This document shows positions 16,470 to 24,487 of a stretch of 29,092 nucleotides of DNA, one piece after another (the stretch's first letter is position 1; the number at the start of each line of letters is the position of its first letter). Source of the DNA: a virus (lineage: Duplodnaviria > Caudoviricetes); the IMG/VR virus record IMGVR_UViG_3300011187_000042, positions 1 to 29,092 of that record; one strand, written 5' to 3'. The notes beneath the pieces were generated by a model. It saw only the letters and a list, made by a program, of their open reading frames with translations. It did not search any database and was not told the DNA's origin. The position numbers were made by a program, and so were the translations under genes.

Positions 16470-17250
16470 CGATATCCATTATCTTTTGATATTTAAGAGA
16501 CATGCTGTCTGATAGTGGCAAACTCAGTATATCTTCGAGGGTTTTGTTACCCTCATCATTGTTAGTAAAATTGTAAGATTTTGTTGCTTCTCTTCGAATA
16601 AACCCAAGTCTGCCTTTTAACTTGATATCTTTTACATTATCAAACATATCTTCCAGCATAAGACGAACAGTAATTTCATCTATTTTGTTTTCGTCATATT
16701 CTTCTTTGTTTGGATAGGAGATCACTGCGATATTATCTGGCAGAATCCAGAGTTCCTGTGCTATGCGTTTATAGCCAGTGAGATAGAGATTATATTTCTT
16801 TGTATTTCTGAGAGTTGCGCTGAAATAATCGATTACTTCATATTTGATACTTTCTGTTTCGTAGTATGCGCCGGTGATATTGTCAGAATTGTACATGACG
16901 ATATCGTCACAATCTAGCGCATATGAATAGCTATTCTCTTGATATACCGTAATGATGTTGTCTGATACATGAATCTTGCCTTTGTGGACCATGCCATGTA
17001 CTGACATGAAACCACGAATCCTATCAGCTATCAACTGCTTTTGCAATCCTTCGCGTAGATTCCCATAATTACTCTTGAAGATTCCCATATCGTTTTCTAT
17101 CTCCAAAAAGCCTAATTGCACATCCGCCGGGACACGATCCCTAAAAGAGTGATCAATATCGTTAGGCAAAATGAGCCAATAATCCTTTTTAAAAGCGAGC
17201 AGGGCAGCCTCCATAGACCACCCTATTACTGCTTTAACTCCGGTTAGCAT
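16444..17250 (-). CDS. hypothetical protein with degenerate Rossmann-like N-terminus
   Basis: KAVIGWSMEAALLAFK resembles VIGxGxxGxxAA of FAD/NAD-binding proteins with glycines lost; TAATG-coupled to groES-like gene. Confidence 0.55.
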   Translation of the reverse strand: MLTGVKAVIGWSMEAALLAFKKDYWLILPNDIDHSFRDRVPADVQLGFLEIENDMGIFKSNYGNLREGLQKQLIADRIRGFMSVHGMVHKGKIHVSDNIITVYQENSYSYALDCDDIVMYNSDNITGAYYETESIKYEVIDYFSATLRNTKKYNLYLTGYKRIAQELWILPDNIAVISYPNKEEYDENKIDEITVRLMLEDMFDNVKDIKLKGRLGFIRREATKSYNFTNNDEGNKTLEDILSLPLSDSMSLKYQKIMDIDGWFTRDR

Positions 17251-17570
17251 TATAGATCAGAATATTTAACGAGAATATAGTTCTCCGTAATTACTTGCAC
17301 CATGTTGCCGTCAGGATCGGGTAACGCCTCAATCATTGACGTTTCCACCACGATAACATCACCGATTGATAATTGGTCCAAATTGTGGCAATGTTCTGAA
17401 ACAGCGTCAACAACACGGAGTTCGTACTTATCCATGTTCTCAGCACGTTCCTGAAAAAATTCCTTCGGCATATAAAACGTGCTTTCGCTATCATCGCTGG
17501 CGTGCGGGTTTTCTTCTTTGGGAGTATAATCTTTAAGGACGATATATCTGTTCAGTGGTGCCACTCTCAT
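17250..17570 (-). CDS. groES: co-chaperonin GroES-like protein
   Basis: MRVAPLNRYIVLK, long mobile loop ending FYMP, VVDAVS, LSIGDVIVV, VITENYILV. Confidence 0.75.
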   Translation of the reverse strand: MRVAPLNRYIVLKDYTPKEENPHASDDSESTFYMPKEFFQERAENMDKYELRVVDAVSEHCHNLDQLSIGDVIVVETSMIEALPDPDGNMVQVITENYILVKYSDL

Positions 17571-17830
17571 TACTCAGATACTCCCAACTCTTTCTCAAGT
17601 GTTTCTTTGATTTGTTGAGTCTCGTTGAGGTCAATTCCCTTCTCAATAGAGCGGTAGGCTCGAACAGCCTGTGCCATGTCTGCCGAAGTAAGATAATTGT
17701 TATCCTTGAAAGATTTGCGAAGATCCTTCTTACCTTCTTTATAGGGCTCCATAGCATGCTCATACTGAGCGAATTGTTTGATGAAATCGATCATGTGTTG
17801 TTCTTTCGTCTTAGTATCACTCATTTTCAC
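17570..17830 (-). CDS. small helical DNA-binding protein, GapR/T4 DsbA-like
   Basis: FIKQFAQYEHAMEPYKEGKKDLRKSFKD...DMAQAVRAYR parallels GapR-like FIERIERLEEEK.....DIK.V..EAK..G.D...MR..IRLR. Confidence 0.5.
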   Translation of the reverse strand: MKMSDTKTKEQHMIDFIKQFAQYEHAMEPYKEGKKDLRKSFKDNNYLTSADMAQAVRAYRSIEKGIDLNETQQIKETLEKELGVSE

Positions 17831-18089
17831 TCCGTTTGTGAATTGCAGGATATTTCTCTTTTATCCTGTCCTCTTCATTCTGCCAAGCTTGATATTGTTC
17901 TTCAATATCAAGCACTCCATAAAACATCTGTTTCTCTTTTATAAACTTTAGCTTATAAGAAGATGTGTCGGGAATCGTACTAGCGTTTTCCCAATCGAAC
18001 TTAATGGTATCAAGTAACTCCTCCTGTGTCAAGGACTTTTTCAAATTCCTTATTTGAAAGATTCTTTTCTCTCTTCCCCAATCGTACAT
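17817..18089 (-). CDS. hypothetical protein
   Basis: 90-aa ORF with strong AGGAGGAG RBS. Confidence 0.7.
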   Translation of the reverse strand: MYDWGREKRIFQIRNLKKSLTQEELLDTIKFDWENASTIPDTSSYKLKFIKEKQMFYGVLDIEEQYQAWQNEEDRIKEKYPAIHKRSENE

Positions 18090-18101
18090 TCATTTCTCCT
18101 C

Positions 18102-18221
18102 CTATTTTAATAGTTGTACGCTTCCTGAGCGATGTATAAGAAAACAGTTTGCGTCTGTGTAAAATTGCAATTCGCTATAACCACCAACTAACCACATTCT
18201 GTATTTCCTAGCTTTGATCAT
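18102..18221 (-). CDS. 39-aa micro-protein, FYTD paralog (not in ORF track)
   Basis: Own translation MIKARKYRMWLVGGYSELQFYTDANCFLIHRSGSVQLLK; ATGA overlap with upstream ORF. Confidence 0.55.
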   Translation of the reverse strand: MIKARKYRMWLVGGYSELQFYTDANCFLIHRSGSVQLLK

Positions 18222-18400
18222 GCATTTTCCGGTGTTTGTTCCTGCTGACAATCATGCACTACTATTCCTGATCCATACAATTGTACACCATAGCAATCCG
18301 TATAGAATTCCATTATAGCATAGTTCTTTTCTGATGTTGTGGACCAAAAAGCGCAATGCCTACCATGTTTCAAATAATCTAATGAGTACCAAATAGCCAT
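18218..18400 (-). CDS. micro-protein, R[HY]C family, FYTD paralog
   Basis: ATG 18400 one base after nrdJ stop; GRHCAFW and IMEFYTD. Confidence 0.6.
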   Translation of the reverse strand: MAIWYSLDYLKHGRHCAFWSTTSEKNYAIMEFYTDCYGVQLYGSGIVVHDCQQEQTPENA

Positions 18401-18401
18401 A

Positions 18402-20813
18402 TCAACAGGCCGTCCAACCACACTTAGAACAAATTACGCACCCTTCACTGTAAGTCAAGTCATGAATATCGCCGTCAGTGCATTCTCCTTTTGCACCTGA
18501 TACTACTTTTGTACCATCATCTATATATTCCTTCAATACTCTTGATAGAACTTTGGAGAAGCTGGCGAAACTCGCGTCTTTATCTTTCTTTAATTGTTCA
18601 ACTAAGAATGAGGGACGGACACCATGTCTCAACGATGTACTTACCATTCGAGTTAACACAGCATTATCAGGATTGTCAAACATTGCTACAATATCCTTGA
18701 TCGTGAATCCATTCACTTTCAAATCATATTTGTTTGGCACCGTTTTATACTTTCTTTTAATTGTTTTACCTTTTTTGTAATCCTCGGGTATCTCAACCTG
18801 TGTTGCTGCTCCACCCATAACTTCATACGGTTTTCCTTCAAGAAGTCCTACCAAAATAACCCAATCTTTACCGTTCACTTTAGCTTGATGTATATCGCAT
18901 TCTATTTCTTCTGGCCGAGGTGTTGCATCATAGTATGTAATTCCGAGGTTGTCTTGGTCATCTTCTGTCAACAACACGCCATCTCGTGAACCATCTACAT
19001 ATACTGTCACACCTTTGCAACCTTGCTTCCATGCTTCTTTGTAGATGTTTCCAACTATATGAGGTTGTGTATCTCGGGGCAAGTTGATTGTTGAACTAAT
19101 AGAATGGTCAATATGCTTCGACATCGCCGCCTGAATAGTGACGCGTTTAATCCAATCAATTTCGTCACTGGTAACAAAATAATCAGGTAATCCATCTTTT
19201 TCTATATCTTTTCCAGTAATCTCTAAATATTCTTTCAATAGATGAGACTTAACCTCAAACTCGATCCAACGGTCTCCTAATTCATCAACAAAGTCTGGAA
19301 CTACGTCTGTTTCGTTATGACTCAGTTTGCGGCGTCGAGTCATCAGGAATCTGAATACAGGTTCGCAGCCAGAACCGTCACATAGTGATTCGATTGAGAC
19401 TGAGCCGGTTGGAGCGTTCGTCAGCAGCGCGATGTTGCGTCTGCCGTATTTCTTCATCTTTTCAATGAGGTCATCAGGGAATGATTCAAAGAATTTACAG
19501 TCTTTTTCCGTTTCCCACTCGAAAATTGGAAACGCACCACGTTCCTTGGCTAGTTCTATACTTTCGTCATATACAATGAGTTTTCTTTTTTCGTATAATT
19601 TATCAACGAACTCCAGAGCTTCCTCAGAATCATATCTTAAACACAGGCGCGCGAGGGCGTCGGCGAGGCCGTGGGTACCCAGTCCAGTACGCCTCCCCCA
19701 CCGCGCAGAATAGAGCAAATTTTGAAACAGAATCTTTTCTGACTCATCGTCTGTTGCAGCAATGATATCATTAAGCTTCTCAATTTCCAAATCAACCAAA
19801 TCGTCACTCAATCTGGTTGCCATTCGGGCGTCCTCTTCGAATGCTTTCCAATCAAAGCTGGCGAAATTTGTGTATGGATCGTTGACATACCATTTCAGAC
19901 ACTGTGAGATCAACCGACATGAATCATTATTCATGGCAATTTCACCACAAGGGTTTGTGCTCAGTGTCTCAAAACCGGGGTAAAAGTGTGAGGGAAGATT
20001 CTGAATCATCGTATCCCACATCAGCGCACCGGGCTCGGCATGCTCTGTGGCATTGGTAATGATTAGATTCCAAATGTCAGAAGCTTTCACTTCTCTAGTA
20101 ATTTCCGGGTTTGGCACATCGAGTGGCCATTGTAGCGTGTACATTTCATCAGCAATGACAGCTTCCATGAAATCGTCACGCAATCTTACTGATACATTTG
20201 CTCCGGTGACCTTAGTTTTGTCATTTTTCATTGTGACGAATTGCATTACATCAGGATGCTGCACATCAATTGTGATCATTAATGCGGCTCGGCGGCCGTT
20301 TTGTCCGACAAGGCGACCGGTAAATGAAAACAAATCTGCGAACGACCATGCACCAGAGCTTGTTTCTGCTGCATTGTTAACGTTTGCGCCTTCTGGCCTT
20401 AACTTCGATATATCGAGACCGACGCCACCACGTCGTTTACTAAGATTTGCAATATTTTTGGCAGCATCAAGGATTGAAGATATGTTATCTTCAGGGGAGG
20501 GGATAACAAAACAATTAGAAAGAGACACAGGTTTTGGGTTACCAACCCCATACATGGGGCTGCCCTGTGGAACAATATACTTAAAATATTGTAATTTTCT
20601 GTATATATCCTCATCATGATGAGGATTGGGATATTGCTTTTCTATTCTAGCAAACTCAGAAGAAAGTCGCCGATGAAGGTCATCAGGATCCTTTTCTAAA
20701 AAATTCTGATCTTCATCTTTCAAGGCATATTTGAAGAACACGTTTGTAGCTAATTCATTGCCCTTGAAATATCTTTTTGTGTCCTTCGTAACCTCTTCTT
20801 TCGTATATGTCAT
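18402..20813 (-). CDS. nrdJ: class II (adenosylcobalamin-dependent) ribonucleotide reductase
   Basis: SLSNCFV, GGVG, QNGRRAALM, TNPCGEI, RRTGLG, APTGSVS, SISSTINLP, KGVTVY; TSCPD-like C-terminus and CSKCGWTAC; no ATP cone and no beta subunit nearby. Confidence 0.92.
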   Translation of the reverse strand: MTYTKEEVTKDTKRYFKGNELATNVFFKYALKDEDQNFLEKDPDDLHRRLSSEFARIEKQYPNPHHDEDIYRKLQYFKYIVPQGSPMYGVGNPKPVSLSNCFVIPSPEDNISSILDAAKNIANLSKRRGGVGLDISKLRPEGANVNNAAETSSGAWSFADLFSFTGRLVGQNGRRAALMITIDVQHPDVMQFVTMKNDKTKVTGANVSVRLRDDFMEAVIADEMYTLQWPLDVPNPEITREVKASDIWNLIITNATEHAEPGALMWDTMIQNLPSHFYPGFETLSTNPCGEIAMNNDSCRLISQCLKWYVNDPYTNFASFDWKAFEEDARMATRLSDDLVDLEIEKLNDIIAATDDESEKILFQNLLYSARWGRRTGLGTHGLADALARLCLRYDSEEALEFVDKLYEKRKLIVYDESIELAKERGAFPIFEWETEKDCKFFESFPDDLIEKMKKYGRRNIALLTNAPTGSVSIESLCDGSGCEPVFRFLMTRRRKLSHNETDVVPDFVDELGDRWIEFEVKSHLLKEYLEITGKDIEKDGLPDYFVTSDEIDWIKRVTIQAAMSKHIDHSISSTINLPRDTQPHIVGNIYKEAWKQGCKGVTVYVDGSRDGVLLTEDDQDNLGITYYDATPRPEEIECDIHQAKVNGKDWVILVGLLEGKPYEVMGGAATQVEIPEDYKKGKTIKRKYKTVPNKYDLKVNGFTIKDIVAMFDNPDNAVLTRMVSTSLRHGVRPSFLVEQLKKDKDASFASFSKVLSRVLKEYIDDGTKVVSGAKGECTDGDIHDLTYSEGCVICSKCGWTAC

Positions 20814-20815
20814 TT

Positions 20816-21145
20816 TTATTCCTCTGAATTGTGGTTCTGGGCATTAATATAATGCCGTATATCATTTCTTTTCTTATTGAAGTTAATTATCTTTTCTCTC
20901 GTGCCAAACGCCATATGATCTTTGTTAAATGTTGTTCGAAAACATGCTCTTTTATGATCGAACGATCTTTTGACGCGTGAAAAGAATATGTCGTTTAGTG
21001 GGTCTTGTTCTTCACATAGTCGTTGATCACTATTCATTTCACCTAGTAAAAACGGAGAAAAGAATAATGTGTTGCCGCTATCCCAATTTTTCTTATTATA
21101 TGGAAAAACATAGTTATAGGCATTAATCGAATAATAAGTGCTCAT
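20816..21145 (-). CDS. hypothetical aromatic-rich small protein
   Basis: 109-aa ORF, ATGA overlap; LFFS, IFFS and KRACF motifs. Confidence 0.6.
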   Translation of the reverse strand: MSTYYSINAYNYVFPYNKKNWDSGNTLFFSPFLLGEMNSDQRLCEEQDPLNDIFFSRVKRSFDHKRACFRTTFNKDHMAFGTREKIINFNKKRNDIRHYINAQNHNSEE

Positions 21146-21402
21146 GAGACTTCGATATCAGAAGGGCTTTTATACCACATATAAACTTCTCTTTCCGAGG
21201 CACCGACATCAAATGTTAAACGATAATCGTCGGTTTTTGAACTAAAGAACAGTCTATCAAACAGTTCCCACTTTTGGCGCCGAAATTCTAAAAATCCAAA
21301 AAAACAGTGTCTTTTGTTTCCCCAACACTCATCTCGATCTGCACGCGTGTTGCGATACCAATTATTAGTCTGCCAATGCGTTGTTAAAGTTTTAATCGTC
21401 AT
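21142..21402 (-). CDS. small protein, R[HY]C family
   Basis: KRHCFFG and RLFFSS; overlaps helicase stop. Confidence 0.6.
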   Translation of the reverse strand: MTIKTLTTHWQTNNWYRNTRADRDECWGNKRHCFFGFLEFRRQKWELFDRLFFSSKTDDYRLTFDVGASEREVYMWYKSPSDIEVS

Positions 21403-22774
21403 TATTCTTCACTCTTTGCCAAGCTGTTGACAATTTTTGCTTCATCTTTACTTGTTGTTTGCCGGCCGCGTCATCGACCATATCTTGTACAGATTGTCCC
21501 GATGGTTCTAAAACACGAATCTTGACAAATTCGGGATCCATAACAATAGGATAAATTCCGGCATCAGGGCCGTTTCGGTTTTTGGCTATAAAGAATCTGC
21601 CTGTTTTCGTTTCTTTGTCTTGGATTGTTCTGGAGATAGAAAAGATGAAATCGGCACAAAAACACTTAGCATATGAATCAGCGACGGCATCCATTGTGAC
21701 GATCTCGGCGTTTCTACCGCCGCGATTACTCTGCGAAGCTGTCCAAAGTGGGCATTTATTTTCTCCTGCTATACCGCGTAAACCTTCGTAAATGTCAGCG
21801 TACTCCAAATCGTCTCTATTGCGAGTGCGCGGTGGTTGAAGCAGGTCACCATAATCAACTATAATCAAATCTATGTTCTTACCTAATCTCTTAATTTTTT
21901 CGATATGGTTTCTTAGTGTCATGAGTGACGCTGTTTTGGTCGGGTAATATTTGACGATAAGTTCGCCTTCGACCTCTTTAACTATCTCTTTTACTGTTTC
22001 TTTGTATATTTTTAATTCATTAAGAGAAACACCAGTAAACCACGAGTCATGTCGCAGGCCAACTGTTTCCTCTGCCAATTCAAAGGTGTAGTAAAGAACT
22101 GTTTTACCTTGACTCACAGCTTTAGCTGAAAGGTGTGCCAGTGCGATCGATTTACCGGCACCAGTGCCAGCAATAATTACACCTAGCTCGCCCTTACCCA
22201 GACCACCTTGTGTAATCTCGTCTATTTTGCTCCAACCAGTCGTGACAGGACTTCTCGCTTTCAGGAGATACCTTTCTTCCAAATCAATCTTGTAATCATG
22301 GCCGCAATTGTTATCGTTACCAAGTTTTAATGCCTCTTCGATTTCATATTTGATTTCATCAAACTTCTTTTTTTCCAATAGGTCGATAGACTTAACCATC
22401 GCTCCGTATAGTTTACGCTTTTTGCAAAAGTCAAGAGCCAAATTCTTGATGAATTCAGCATCTCCAATCTTGCCACACTTCTGTTCTGCATCTTCAAAGA
22501 ATTCTAAGACCATTTCTCGGTCTTCTTCGTTATACTTCTGCAATTCAGTTGCTAGAATTGTTTCCAGTGTATCACTTGATGGATGAACACCATATTCATG
22601 TCGATAATTGAAAATCAATTCAGCAAAAATGCGCAGGTGTTCATATTCAAAGAAGTTTGTTTCCAGTACCTCTTCTACTTGCTCCGAAAAAGAGCGATCA
22701 TTCAGTATTAAGCAAGCTAGCTTTTCTTGAAATGATTTGCCAAATTGTGAAAAATCTTCTTTATTTATTGTCAT
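21392..22774 (-). CDS. dnaB: replicative helicase, DnaB / T4 gp41-like
   Basis: TTGWSKID..TQGGL, Walker A AGTGAGKS, FELAE, IIVDYGDL, WTASQSNR, KNRNG. Confidence 0.95.
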   Translation of the reverse strand: MTINKEDFSQFGKSFQEKLACLILNDRSFSEQVEEVLETNFFEYEHLRIFAELIFNYRHEYGVHPSSDTLETILATELQKYNEEDREMVLEFFEDAEQKCGKIGDAEFIKNLALDFCKKRKLYGAMVKSIDLLEKKKFDEIKYEIEEALKLGNDNNCGHDYKIDLEERYLLKARSPVTTGWSKIDEITQGGLGKGELGVIIAGTGAGKSIALAHLSAKAVSQGKTVLYYTFELAEETVGLRHDSWFTGVSLNELKIYKETVKEIVKEVEGELIVKYYPTKTASLMTLRNHIEKIKRLGKNIDLIIVDYGDLLQPPRTRNRDDLEYADIYEGLRGIAGENKCPLWTASQSNRGGRNAEIVTMDAVADSYAKCFCADFIFSISRTIQDKETKTGRFFIAKNRNGPDAGIYPIVMDPEFVKIRVLEPSGQSVQDMVDDAAGKQQVKMKQKLSTAWQRVKNNDD

Positions 22775-22941
22775 TCAAAGTCCTAAAAATTCATGTATTA
22801 TATGCGCCCGGGACCGGTCATGGCGCTTTTTAAGAAATGATATTCTCGGTGTAGTTATATAATTTTCGTCGGGATCGTAGTTACCGAGGCGGTCCATAGT
22901 GAGAAACAAGCCCATAATTAAAAAAATCTTCTTTTGTTCAT
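22775..22941 (-). other. micro-ORF interrupted by T7+AA (MNKRRFF* / LIMGLF...EFLGL); alternatively starts at GTG 22987 or ATG 22915
   Basis: ATG 22941 overlaps upstream TGA; ATG AAC AAA AGA AGA TTT TTT TAA; body in the -1 frame ends TGA abutting the dnaB ATG. Confidence 0.45.
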
Positions 22942-23165
22942 AATCTCGTACTCGCTTTGCAATCTTTTGTATGGAGTATGATTCCACTGCTGAAAAACAT
23001 TATTTTATCGCCGGGAGAGATGACCAAATCATGTGAAGTGGATAATAGTACTTGAATCCTTGTGGTGTTACATTCTTTCTTAATTTTGTCTTCTCTTGTA
23101 TACAAATAACAATTCCTATACCTTTTGCTTTTGTTTATTACCTTTTGTTCGTAGTGGTCTCTCAT
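22938..23165 (-). CDS. micro-protein, R[HYN]C family
   Basis: ATGA overlap; YRNCYLY and IMFFSS. Confidence 0.6.
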   Translation of the reverse strand: MRDHYEQKVINKSKRYRNCYLYTREDKIKKECNTTRIQVLLSTSHDLVISPGDKIMFFSSGIILHTKDCKASTRL

Positions 23166-23353
23166 ATGTGATACCAGATGTCACCTGTATTATAAAAAAT
23201 TATCTTTATGTCGGGAAGCAACCGCCCGGGCCATCCGGAGAAGTATATACGACTGTATATTTTTTTGGGGATACTTCCAATATTCGCCCGGGGGTTGAAC
23301 ATTTTGCATTGAAACATGCAATGACGAGACTCAATCTTCATTTTTTTGGTCAT
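23162..23353 (-). CDS. micro-protein, R[HY]C family
   Basis: ATG 23353 with GAGG upstream (or 23341); SRHCMFQ and IIFYNT. Confidence 0.55.
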   Translation of the reverse strand: MTKKMKIESRHCMFQCKMFNPRANIGSIPKKIYSRIYFSGWPGRLLPDIKIIFYNTGDIWYHI

Positions 23354-24332
23354 ACAACATTCCTCGGAAACGAGCGTGCATGGCATTCCAGTTATATTCA
23401 CCGAAACCATCTTCAATCATCATTTTTTCTAACTCGAACCTAGAATAGTTGTATAGCTCCTCTTCAACCACTTGTTCAACAATACGAACAGTTGCGTGGC
23501 CCATCTTAGGATTGTACAATTGCATCATTCTGTAGTTTAGATCAATCCTGTCTTTGTGTTCCAAAATTGAATTGTGTGCTTTCAGACGATCTTTCTCTTC
23601 AACATCTGACATGGCGTTCATCACGTCTTCCAGCATCATCGTAGCACTCCCTGAGATCGACGGTAAGACCTTTACGAGAGTCTTGAAGCCTATGCCCGGG
23701 ACACCCGGGAGATTGTCACTAGAGTCGCCTATGATGGCTCTGGAGAGTGCCATGTTTTCTGGATGGACTTCATATTTCTCAATGATATCATCACGAGTCA
23801 TCACACCCTTGACAGCTGGTCGGTACACGATTGTTTCGTGATCGGCTAATTGGAGAAAATCTTTGTCATTTGATATGATAACTTTATTGTAGCCCTTGAA
23901 ATATTTGTTACTCAACATGGCAATAATATCATCGGCCTCAACATTGTCCACTAGATACTGCTTGATAGGTGTTTCGTTAAGATATTCCATCAAGCGCTTC
24001 AATTGCCAGACTTTGTTTTCTTTAATCTCTTCATCAGTCTGTGGAATCTCAATGTTACGATTATAATTTTTAGGGTTGACAGCTTTTCTGCCTTCCTTAT
24101 AATCCTTCTTCATTGTCTTACGTTTCTTACTGCCACCTTCTCCGTCCCAAACAACATGAATTTCGTCCGGTGCCATTTCACGACAGAACTTGTTTATTTG
24201 TTTGAGAAAACCTTTGCAGCCGCCGATATGCTCACCTTTAGAACTGATACTCGGATCGACAGCGTAGCTGCGAAAGAATGTGTTGAGTGCGTCAATTAAA
24301 AGAATTACTTTTTTATTTTCCGAATTGGTCAT
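23331..24332 (-). CDS. 5'-3' exonuclease / flap endonuclease (Pol I N-terminal / T4 RNase H-like)
   Basis: LLIDALN, VVWDG, YKEGR, EADDII, SNDKDFLQL, GDSSDNLPGVPGIGFKT. Confidence 0.95.
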   Translation of the reverse strand: MTNSENKKVILLIDALNTFFRSYAVDPSISSKGEHIGGCKGFLKQINKFCREMAPDEIHVVWDGEGGSKKRKTMKKDYKEGRKAVNPKNYNRNIEIPQTDEEIKENKVWQLKRLMEYLNETPIKQYLVDNVEADDIIAMLSNKYFKGYNKVIISNDKDFLQLADHETIVYRPAVKGVMTRDDIIEKYEVHPENMALSRAIIGDSSDNLPGVPGIGFKTLVKVLPSISGSATMMLEDVMNAMSDVEEKDRLKAHNSILEHKDRIDLNYRMMQLYNPKMGHATVRIVEQVVEEELYNYSRFELEKMMIEDGFGEYNWNAMHARFRGMLYDQKNED

Positions 24333-24474
24333 GATTTATTACCACAAGAAGGCTAATGAATAAGATTAAATGGACAACCCCTATCACGATGAGGTGGTAG
24401 GGGTTCATTATAACATAGAACGAGGCGAATTGCAAGGCGCATGCTACGATCAGCGAACCTATCATCAGGCTCAT
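24313..24474 (-). CDS. small two-TM membrane protein
   Basis: Two hydrophobic stretches in ORF 24313..24534; start moved to ATG 24474 downstream of the recA stop (start uncertain). Confidence 0.55.
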   Translation of the reverse strand: MSLMIGSLIVACALQFASFYVIMNPYHLIVIGVVHLILFISLLVVINHDQFGK

Positions 24475-24487
24475 CCAGAATTGAAAA

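Noticed and set aside
11366-22774. Inteins or introns in dnaE, nrdJ and dnaB
   Set aside because: Lengths are normal, motifs are colinear, and no intein termini or homing-endonuclease motifs were seen
14809-23353. Diversity-generating retroelement as the source of micro-ORF variation
   Set aside because: No reverse transcriptase in the window and no near-identical TR/VR pair differing at adenines; cannot be excluded outside the window
22807-23709. Cluster of CCCGGG palindromes
   Set aside because: No regular spacing or shared flanks; those in the exonuclease are explained by Pro-Gly codons
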